In this document: in pieces, positions 53,554 through 64,000 of the stretch
Numbering within the stretch: position 1 is the stretch's first letter
How the letters are laid out: every line of letters starts with the position of its first letter
Origin: Malacoraja senta
Lineage: Eukaryota
Direction of reading: 5' to 3'
Length of the DNA stretch: 64,000 bases
Assembly (NCBI GenBank): GCA_038087875.1
Contig: JAXLNO010000652.1
Coordinates: forward strand, 1-64,000
Made by a program: the position numbers and the translations under genes
The notes under the pieces: model-generated
Database searches by the model: none
What the model was told of the DNA's origin: nothing
Seen by the model: the letters and a program-made list of their open reading frames with translations, nothing else

Positions 53554-54411
53554 TGACAATAAAGTTGAATTTGAATCTGAATCTGATTTCCCCCATATTG
53601 TGTGAATTCTGCAGAGAAATACAATTCATTTTTATTGCTGCTAACCCTCTGTTTTGATATTTTTCCCCAGCTCCTGGGTCTGTCTCATTTACCCCTCCAA
53701 CCCACACTGTCTGTCACTCTCACATTCTAAACACTGGGATCATCACCCTGTCTTATCTGGTGCAAACAGAAGTGCAAACATGGCCTAACACAGGTCCTTC
53801 CTCTTTTACGCTGATGTTATCTTCAGATACAACTTCTCTATTTACCCTTTACATTTAAAAGTAATTCCGTATAATTCTATTTGTGTAATTTTTTTTAAAT
53901 ACGTGAGAACAGAACATATCTGTGTGTGCTGAGGATGCATTTATTATAAGGATAGTAACTAAAAGACAGAGAAGCTCAAGTATCTGTGTTTGTCAGTGAT
54001 TGGGATAAATCGTTGCAGATATTCTACAGTATGGTGCAAAGTAGAAGATTTATTCCAATTAGTTTTTACTAATATCAGCATCAAAGTCAATATTTATTAT
54101 CCATCCCTAACTACCTTCGAGAAGATGGTGGTGAGCTGCCTTCTTGAAGTTCTGCAATACTTTTGGTGAAGATGCTCTCACACAGCTATCAGGACTTAGT
54201 CAGAGTCATGGAACCACAGTCGTACAGCACAGAAACAGCTACAACACTTCAATGCTGACCTAGTTTCCTCATCAAACTTAGGTCCATTTGCCCCATATCC
54301 CTCTAATCCTTTCCTTTCCATGAACCTGTTCAAGTGTCTTTTAATTGAAATGTTAGTACTTGCTTCAACTACCTCCCCTGGCAGCTCATCACGTATACCT
54401 GCTACCCTTTA

Positions 54412-55010
54412 TAAACAATAGGAGCAGGAGTAAGCCATACCGCCATTCAATGTGATCATGGCTGATCATCCACAATCAGTACCCTGTTCCTGTCTTCTCC
54501 ACATCCCCTGACTCTACTATCTTCAGGAGCCCTATCTAGCTCTCTCTTGAAAGCATCCAGCAAACCGGCCTCCACAACCCTCTGACGCAGAGAATTCCAC
54601 ATATTCGCAACCCGCTGTGTGAAAAAGTTTTTCCTCATATCCGTTCTAAATGGCTTGCCCCTTATTCTTAAACTGTGGTCCCTGGTTCTGGACTCTCCCA
54701 ACATCAGGAACATGTTTCCTGCCTCTAGCGTGTCCAAACCCTTAATAATCTTATATGTTTCAATATGATCCCCTCTCATCTTTCTAAAGTCCAGAGTTTA
54801 CAAGCCCAGCCGCTCCATTCTCCCAGAATATGACAGTCCCACCATCCCGGGAATTAACCTTGTAAACCTGTGCTGCACTCCCTCAATAGCAAGAATGTCC
54901 TTCCTCAAATTAGGGGACCAAAACTGCACACAATGCTCCAGGTGTGGTCTCACTAGGGCCCTACAACTGCAGAAGGACGTCTTTGCTTCTATACTCAACT
55001 CCTCTTGTTT
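54412..55010 (-). mobile_element. CR1 3' fragment
   Basis: ORFs 54456-54779 and 54798-54998. Confidence 0.9.
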
Positions 55011-56587
55011 GAATCCTTTATCCTTTGAATGTAAAGGATGCCCTTCGTGTTCATATTAAACCTTATCATCTCACCTCAAACCCGTGTTCTCTGGTTCTTG
55101 ATACCCCCACACTGGGTAAAAGGCTCTGTTCATTCAGCCTATCTATTCCTCTCAATAATTCAACTATCTCAGCCTCCTGCACTCCAAGGAATAAAGTCTG
55201 AGGGAGCACAATTATTCAGGCCCATACAGCTGATCCAATATTGGTCTCAACACCGCCTTCTCACTTTCCCCACGCCTCCTGACTTCTGTTGAGTTTATAG
55301 TCAATCATCCTCTACCTTGAACATAGTCAATGTCTCAGCCTTTGTAGCTCCTTTGGGAAGATGACATCCAAAACTGTTGTGCCAATCAGAGCAATATGGG
55401 ATGACTTTGGTGTAATGACAAAACATTGTCCTCAATGAGAACTGTGCAATGGTCTTCTGATTTCTTCCAAAGCCATGGTCAACAGCTTCACCTGTTGCAG
55501 GTGGACACGAGAGGAGGAGGTCAGGTAGGTCAATCCCTTGTGTTGGCTCATTCTCTACCTGCTGTAGAAAGAGCCTGGCAGACACATCCTTCAAGGTTTG
55601 GCCATGTCAGTGAGTGGTCGTGTGACCAAGCCACTCCCAATGATGGATGCTGAGGTCCACATCCAGTGTACACTCTGTACTTTTGCTTCTTTTAATGTCA
55701 ATCGAGATTTTGCTCAGGTGACCAATGATGGTGGGTATTCATTAGGACAGTGAAAGCTTCCCATGGTGAAATCTGTGGGCTCCTTCCCATTAAGAGGCAA
55801 GTGAGGAAACAGTATGTTCTTTCTCCTTTCACCAGGGCCAATCCTCTCTCCGGGAATGGTTCAGTTTATCCTAATGGGTGCAATGGAATTGCCAGCATGT
55901 TTAATGAACAAAACACTCTATGGAGGTTTTTTCATCATGAAATGGCAGGACCTCCCTGGATTGCATGTACTCTCTCGTGGAACATAAGGCCCAGCAGGAT
56001 GCAGCAAAGCACCTGGGGCTCTCCCATTTGAGATTCATTCGAAATGTTCAAAATCGCAAAGGTGCAAGTTCGATTCCGGATGGAATCTTTATTTGTGATA
56101 TAATTCTATATCTGAACCCATTTGTATCAACACCAGTGGTGCCGGAAACCTGAGCTGGAGGGGGAGTGTCATTTAGTTTGACAAGAGGCAGTGTCAGTCA
56201 CTGTGCAGTGTGAGGGAACCTTAGCTTGTCCTGTGCTGGGCTCAAAGCCACGTTGCTTCTTCTCCAGAATTCCACACAAGTTCCTCTGCAGAAGGTCAGT
56301 AAACTTCAGACATTATTCTTCATTGGTAATAGTGGATTAAATGAACGGGATTAAATGATTGAAATGTAGTTTGCAACACTGATGTACTTCTTCAAATGTT
56401 ATTGTGAAATGTGTTCTCCTATTACAATGATGGTGTCTTCACTAAAAAGGGAACAAATGTCATTGTTTTTGCTACATCCGACTGATTAAAATCTAAAATA
56501 GTGGTGTTTCTCTTGACTTTTCAAAATCATTTTATTCTTTCCAATGAATAAAGCTAATGTTATTATTCTTTCAAATGATTCCATTTT

Positions 56588-57340
56588 TTTCCAATGTTCA
56601 ATAGATTCAGGATCAGTTCCTGTGGATTGGAGGGTAGCTAATGTTATCCCACTTTTTAAGAAAGGCGGGAGAGAGAAAACAGAATTATAGACCAGTTAGC
56701 CTGACATCGGTGGTGGTGTAGTGCTGGAGTCAATTATAAAAGATGAGATAGCCGCACATTTGGATAGCAGTAACAAGATCGGTCCAAGTCAGCATGGATT
56801 TACGAAGGGGAAATCATGCTTGACTAAATCTTCTGGATTTTTTGAGGATGTAACTTGGAAAATGGACAAGCGAGAGTCAGTGGATGTAGTGTTCTTGGAC
56901 TTTCAGAAAGCATTTGATAAGGTTCCACATAGGAGATTATTGCGCAAAATTAAGGCACATGGTATTGGGGTAGAGTGCTGACATGGATAGAGAAGTGGTT
57001 GGCAGACAGGAAACAAAGAGTAGGGATTAGCGGGTCCCTTTCGGAATGGCAGGCAGTGGCAAGTGTGGTACCGCAAGGCTCGGTGCTGGGACCGCAGCTA
57101 TTTACAATATACATCAATGATTTGGATGAAGGGATTCAAAGTAACATTAGCAAATTTGCAGATGACGCAAAGCTGGGTGGGAGTGTGAACTGTGAGGAGG
57201 GTACTATGAGAATGCAGGGTGACTTGGACAGGTTGGGGGAGTGGGCAGATGCATGGCAGATGAAGTTTAATGCAGAGAAATGTGAGATTATCCACTTTGG
57301 TAGCAAAACAGGAAGGCAGATTACTATCTAAATGGCGTCA
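56588..57340 (+). mobile_element. CR1 RT fragment lacking its 3' end
   Basis: ORFs 56721-56981 and 56975-57331 ([31 protein letters not shown]). Confidence 0.93.
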
Positions 57341-59058
57341 AATTAACCTTATAAACCTACGCTGCATTCCCTCAATAGCAAGAATGTCCTTCCTCAAATT
57401 AGGGGACCAAAACTGCACACAATACTCCAGGTGTGGTCTCAATAGGGCTCTGTACAACTGCAGAAGGATCTCTTTGCTCCTACATTCAACTCCTCTTGTT
57501 ATAAAGGCCAACATGCCATTGGCTTTCTTCACTGCCTGCTGTACCTACATGCTTACTTTCATAGACTGATGAACAAGGACCCCCAGATCCCGTTGTACTT
57601 CCCCTTTTCCCAACTTGACGTCATTTATATAGTAATCTGCCTTGCTGTTTTTGCTACCAAAGTGGATAACCTCACATTTATCTGCATTAAACTTCATCTG
57701 CCATGGATCTGCCCACTCCCCCAACCTGTCCAAGTCACCCTGCATTCTCATAGCATCCTCCTCACAGTTCACACTGCCACCCAGCTTTGTGTCATCTGCA
57801 AATTTGCTAATGTTACTTTGAATCCCTTCATCCAAATCATTGATGTATTTTGTAAATAGCTGCGGTCCCAGAACCGAGCCTTGCGGTACCCCACTAGTCA
57901 CTGCCTGCCATTCTGAAAGGGACCCGTTAATCCCTACTCTTTGTTTCCTGTCTGCCAAACACTTCTCTATCCATGTCAGCACACTACCCCCAATACCATG
58001 TGCCCTAATTTTGCCCACTAATCTCCTATGTGGGACCTTATCAAATGCTTTCTGAAAGTCCAGGTACACTACATCTACTGGCCCTCCCTTGTCCATTTTC
58101 CTAGTTACATCTTCAAAAAAATCCAGAATATTAGTCAAGCATGATTTCCCCTTCGTAGATCCATGCTGACTCGGACCGATCCTGTTACTGCTATCCAAAT
58201 GTTCGGCTATTTCATCTTTCATAATTGACTCCAGCATCTTCCCCACCACCGATGTCAGGCTAACTGGTCTATAATTCCCTGTTTTCTCCCTCCCGCCTTT
58301 CATAAAAAGTGGGATAACATTAGCTACCCTCCAATCCACAGGAACTGATCCTGGGTCTATAGAACATTGGGAAATTACCACCAATGCATCCACGATTTCT
58401 AGAGGCACTTCCTTAAGTACCCTGGGATGCCGACCATCAGGCCCTGGGGATTTATCAGCCTTCAGTCCCATCAGTCTATCCAACACCATTTCCTGCCTAA
58501 TGTGGATTTCCTTCAGTTCCTCCGTCACCCCAGATCCTCTGGCCACTACTATATCAGGAAGACTGTTTGTGTCCTCCTTCGTGAAACAGATCCAAAGTAC
58601 CTGTTCAACTCATCTGCCATTTCCTTGTTCCCCATAATAAATTCACCTTTTTCGGTCTACAAGGGTCCAACTTTGGTCTTAACTAATTTTATCTTCTTCA
58701 CATACCTAAAGAAGCTTTTACTATCCTGCTTTATATTCTTGGCTAGCTTACCCTCGTACCTCATCTTTTCTCCCCGTATTGTCTTTTGGTTATCTTCTGT
58801 TGTTCTTTAAACATTACCCAATCCTCTTGCTTCCTGCTCATCTTTGCTACGTTGTACTTCTTCGCTTTAATTATTATACTGTCCCTGACGTCCCTTGTCA
58901 GCCATGGTCTCGTCCCTTTCTCCCCTTGGAATCTTTCTTACTCCTAGGAATGAACTGATCCTGCACCTTCTGTATTATTCCTAGAAACACCTGCCATTTT
59001 TGTTCCACTGTCATCCCTGCTAGTGTATCTTTCCAGTCAACTTTGGCCGGCTCCTTCC
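57341..59058 (-). mobile_element. CR1 ORF2 fragment lacking its 3' end, fused tail-to-tail to the plus-strand copy
   Basis: 333-aa RT ORF 57545-58546 plus flanking frameshifted pieces. Confidence 0.95.
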
Positions 59059-59501
59059 AGTCAGTTGAGCTAGTGTCCAAATATACACAGAGTTGTAGCA
59101 TAGTCATAGAGCTGTACAGCATGGAAATAGGCCCATTGCATACATGCTGACCAAGTTGTCTATCTGAGCCAGTCCCAACTGCCTGCACCTAACCCATGTC
59201 CCTCCATACATTTCCTATCCATAATATTGTGGATAAACTTGATGTTTTGATGAAAAAGCAGAAAGACTGAGAACTATAGGAATTGTGATTGATTCAGAAA
59301 TATTGATAAAGATATCTGCGTCTTTGTGCACTAATCACTGAAAGCAGACATGTGATGCAGCATGCAGTAAGTAGGCAAGTGATATTTGTTAGTCTTCTCT
59401 TCTGGAGTTTTTGAGCACAGTAACAAGATGTCTTGTTGCCATATTACAGGATATTCCTGAGACCACCCCTTCTGTGCTGTTTTGTTCTCCTTACCCATTA
59501 A

Positions 59502-62500
59502 GGATCAGATAGGCGATTCTGTGGACGCAGTCAGGAGACCCGGATGGTAGTTTGCCTCCCTGGTGCCAGGGTCTGGGATGTGTCTGAACATGTCCAAGAT
59601 ATCCTGAAATGGGAGGGTGAGGAGCCTGAGGTCGTGGTACATATAGGTACCAATGACATAGGTAGAAAATGAGAAGAGGTCCTGAAAGGAGAATTTATGG
59701 AGTTAGGAAGAGAGTTAAGGAGAAGGACTGCAAAAGTAACAATCTCAGGATTGCTGCCTGTGCCACGCGACAGTGAGAGTAGGAATGGAGTGAGGTGGAG
59801 GATAAATTTGTGGCTGAGGGACTGGTGCAGAGGGCAGGGATTCAAGTTTCTGGATCATTGGGACCTGTTTTGGGGAAGGTGTGACCTGTACAAAAAGGAC
59901 GGGTTGCACTTGAACCCGAGGGGAACCAATATCCTGGCGGCGAGATTTGCAAAGGCTACTGGGGAGACTTTAAACTAGAACGGTTGGGGGGAGGGACTCA
60001 AATAGAGAAAGCTAGTAGACAGTGTGTGAGGCAGGAGGCATAGAAGAGAAGCACTCAGACCCAACATGTAGGGGAGAAAGAAGAAAAAGATAATAAACAG
60101 AAAATAAGTGGTGGTGGGTTTCTTAAATGTGTCTATTTTAATGCTAGGAGTATTGTAAGAAAGGTGGATGAGAGAGCCTGGATTGACACCTGGAAGTATG
60201 ATGTTGTGGCGATTAGTGAAACATGGTTGCAGGATGGCTGTGATTGGAAACTAAATATTCCACGATTTCATTGCTTCAGGTGTGATAGAATTGGAGGGGC
60301 AAGAGGTGGAGGTGTTGCATTGCTTGTCAGGGAAGATATTACAGCAGTGCTTTGGCAGGATAGATTAGAGGGCTCGTCTAGGGAGGCTATTTGGGTGGAA
60401 CAAAGAAATGAGAAAGGTGTAGCAACACTTATAGGGGTGTATTATAGACCGCCTAATGGGGAGCGAGAATTGATAGAGCAAATATGTAAGGAGATAGCAG
60501 ATATTAGTAGTAAGCACAAGGTAGTGATTGTGGGAGATTTCAATTTTCCACACATAGACTGGGAAACACATTCTGTAAAAGGGCTGGATGGTTTGGAGTT
60601 TGTAAAATGTGTGCAGGATAGTTTTTTGCAGCAATACATAGAGGTACCTACTAGAGAAGGGGCAGTGCTGGACCTCCTGTTAGGAAATGAGACAGGTCAG
60701 TTGACAGAAGTATGTGTTGGGGAGCACTTCGGGTCCCATGATCACAATGCCATTAGTTTCAATATAATTATGGAGAAGGTCAGAACTGGACCAAGGGTTG
60801 AGATTTTTGATTGGAGAAAAGCTAACTTTGAGGAGATGCGAAAGGATTTAAAAGGAGTGAATTGGGACATTTTGTTTTATGGGAAGGATGTAGTAGAGAA
60901 ATGGAGGACATTTAAAGGTGAAATTTTAAGAGTACAGAATCTTTATGTCCCTGTTCGGTTGAAAGGAAAGAGTAATAATTGGAAAGAGCCATGGTTTTCA
61001 AGGGAAATTGGCACGGTTCAGAAACATAGAGAGATCTACAATAATTATAGGCAGCATGGAGTAAATGAGTTGCTTGAAGTGTATAACGAATGTAAAAAGA
61101 ATCTTAAGAGAGAAATTAGAAAAGCTGAAAGAAGATATGAGGTTGCTTTGGCAAGTGAGGTGAAAATAAATCCAAAGTGTTTCTACAGCTATATTAATAG
61201 CAAAAGGATAACGAGGGACAAAATTGGTCCATTAGAGAGTCAGAGTGGACAGCTATGTGCAGAGCCAAAAGAGATGGGGGAGATATTGAACAATTTCTTT
61301 TCTTCAGTATTCACCAAGGAGAAGGATAATGAATTATATGAGGTAAGGGAAACAAGTAGAGTAGCTATGGAAACTATGAGGATCAAAGAAGAGGAAGTAC
61401 TGACACTTTTGAAAAATATAAAAATGGATAAGTGTCCAGGTCCTGACAGGATATTCCCTAGGACATTGAGGGAAGTTAGTGTAGAAATAGCAGGGGCTAT
61501 GACAGAAATATTTCAAATGTCATTAGAAACGGGAATGGTGCGGGAGGATTGGCGTACTGCGCATGTTGTTCCATTGTTTTAAAAGGGTTTTAAGAGTAAA
61601 CCTAGCAATTATAGACCTGTTAGTTTGATGTCAGTGGTGGGCAAATTGATGGAAAGGATACTTAGAGATAATATATATATTCAACTGGATAAACAGCCAA
61701 CATGGATTTGTGCCTGGAAGGTCATGTTTGACTAATCTTCTTGAATTTATTGAAGAGGTAACTAGGGAAATTGACGAGGGTAAAGCGGTGGATGTTGTCT
61801 ATATGGACTTCAATAAGGCCTTTGACAAGGTTCCACATGGAAGGTTGGTTAAGAATTGTTGGGTATTAATAGTGGAGTAGCAAGATGGATTCAACAGTGG
61901 CTGAATGGGAGATACCAGAGAGTAATGGTGGATAACTGTTTGTCAGGTTGGAGGCCGGTGACTAGTGGGGTGCCTCAGGGATCTGTGTTGGGTCCACTGT
62001 TGTTTGTCATATACATCAATGATCTGGATGATGGTGTGGTAAATTGGATTAGTAAGTATGCAGATGATACTAAGATAGGTGGTGTTGTGGATAATGAAGT
62101 AGATTTTCAAAGTCTACAGAGAGATTGAGGCCATTTGGAATAGTGGGCTGAAAGATGGCAGATGGAGTTTAATGCAGATAAGTGTGAGGTGCTACATCTT
62201 GGTAGGACAAATCAAAATAGGACGTACATGGTAAATGGTAGCGAATTGAGGAATAAGTGAGGCCAATTCTGGAATATGGTGTACAATTTTTTTCGCCAAA
62301 TTATAGGAAAGATGTCAACAAAAGAGAGATAGTACAGAGGAGATTTACTAGAATGTTGCCTGGGTTTCAGCAACTAAGTTACAGAGAAAGGTTGAACAAG
62401 ATAGGTCTTTATTCTTTGGAGCGCAGAAGGTGAAGGGGGGACTTGATAGAGGTCTTTGAAATGATGAGAGGGATAGACAGAGTGGACGTGGATGAGCTTT

Positions 62501-62810
62501 TCCCATTGAGAGTAGGGAAGATTCAAACAAGCGGACATGATTTGAGAATTAAGGACAAAAGTTTAGGGGAAACATGAGGGGGAACTTCTTTACTCAGAGC
62601 GTGGTAGCTGTGTGGAATGAGCTTCCAGTGGAAGTGGTGGAGGCAGGTTCGATTTTATCATTTAAAAATAAATTGGATAGGTATATGGACGGGAAAGGAA
62701 TGGAGGGTTATGGTCTGAGTGCAGGTAGATGGGACCAGGTGAGAGTAAGTTTTTCGGCACGGACTGGAAGGGCCGAGATGGCCTGTTTCCGTGTTGTAAT
62801 TGTTATATTA
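59502..62810 (+). mobile_element. Near-full-length degenerate CR1 LINE: ORF1 SGNH/esterase domain and ORF2 APE-RT
   Basis: ORF1 VCLPGARV..VVHIGTND..TISGLLP..DGLHLN (59502-59978); [63 protein letters not shown]; stops and an internal deletion near 62255. Confidence 0.96.
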
Positions 62811-63315
62811 TATACCCGAGAAATGTTTTCCTGCCACAGAAGGGATTCAGCCAAAGCTGACCAGACTGATTCTTGGAATGGCAGGGCTAACGTGTGAGGA
62901 GAGGAGGAGCCACTGGGCCAGTAGTCACTGGAGTTTGCAAGACATGAACGGGACCTCACTAAATCAAACAAAATTCAGGCAGAGCGAGACAAACTCCATT
63001 TGTAAGGATTTTTTTCGGCGACTGGAGGATCTAGAACAAGGGGCCGCAGACTTAAGACCTGAAGGGCTGAGATGTGGAAAAATGTCTTAATTCTGAATAT
63101 AGTGAGCTTTAAAATTCACCCCACGGAAAAAATGGTAGATGACTAGTAAATGAATCCAGTTAAGTAGGGGATAGGTTTTTTCTTGACACAAATGGGATCA
63201 ATGATTATAGGGAGAGAATTGTAATATGGGATTTGCAGAGAAAGTTGTGTTGAATGACGGAACGGGCTCAATGTGCCAAATAATCCACTCCTGCTCCTCT
63301 TTTGCATGTTTCAAT

Positions 63316-64000
63316 AAGTAAGTAAGTAAGTTTATTGGCCAAGTATTCACATACAAGGAATTTGCCTTGTTGCTCCGCCCACAAGTAACAACATGACATA
63401 CAGTGACAGTTACGAATGACTCAGAAAACATTAAACATGAATAATAATAAAATATTAATGATAAAACACCATTGATCAAGCACGTGAACCAACAAAATAC
63501 CAGATCAAAGGGAGGCTACAGATTTCTGGCTGTTGAGTAGAGCAACTACTCGTGGGTAAAAACTGTTTTTATGTCTGGCTGTGGCAGCTTTGACAGTCCG
63601 GAGTCGCCTTCCAGAGGGAAGTGATTCAAAGTGTTTGTGGCCAGGGTGAGAGGGGTCAGAGACGATCTTGCCCGCTCGCTTCCTGGCCTTTGCAGTGTAC
63701 AGTTCATCAATGGAGCGAAGGTTGCAGCGAATAACCTTCTCTGCTGCTCGGACGATTCGCTGCAGCCTCCAGGTGTCGTGCTTGGTGGCTGAGCCAAACC
63801 AGACCATGATGGAGAAGGTGAGGACAGACTCTACGATGGCCGTGTAGAATTGGACCATCATTGCCTGTGGCAGATTGTGCTTCCTCAGCTGCCATAGGAA
63901 GTACACCCTCTGTTGTGCCTTTTTGACTGTGGCGTCAATGGTAGCCCCCCCACTTAAGGTCCTTGGAGATGATGGTTCCCAGGAACATAAAAGACTCCAC
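63316..64000 (-). mobile_element. Rex1/Babar LINE 3' part (runs off the window)
   Basis: QFYTAIVESVLTFSIMVWFG..RLQRIVRAAEKVI..DPSHPGH..LPSGRRLR; AATAAA followed by (CTTA)n tail. Confidence 0.92.

Noticed and set aside
56588..59058. Twin-priming inversion of a single CR1
   Set aside because: The two arms overlap by ~750 bp, differ in sequence and both lack a 3' tail, which fits two separate insertions.

Overview
Repeat-dominated vertebrate genomic DNA, most likely from a cartilaginous fish (inferred from HE1-type tRNA-derived SINEs and HER1/CR1-type LINEs). There is no clearly intact host gene except a KRAB-less tandem C2H2 zinc-finger exon (40362-41198, +) with a broken, inverted paralogue at 52140-53553. 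Mobile elements include a structurally complete but degenerate DIRS1-type tyrosine-recombinase retrotransposon (21401-27008, with both ITRs and the ICR), Penelope-like elements and many short derivatives with minimal hammerhead-ribozyme motifs, CR1, Rex1/Babar and RTEX-like LINEs, a BEL/Pao gag relic, PIF/Harbinger-like MITEs, and a non-autonomous Helitron whose empty site is visible in a neighbouring duplicate. Four observations stand out. (1) A 125-bp TSD-flanked mini-retroelement begins exactly at G1 of a 54-nt minimal HDV-like ribozyme fold, next to a 95-bp TSD-flanked hammerhead-headed element. (2) GC-rich non-coding retroelements share a covarying stem-loop module but carry tails of different LINE types. 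(3) Two different 16-bp minisatellites expanded independently at the same site of paralogous cassettes, and array-free paralogues are also present. (4) The DIRS element has splice signals that could produce a recombinase-only mRNA. All family assignments are from motif recognition by eye; no searches were run, and the ends of degenerate elements are approximate.
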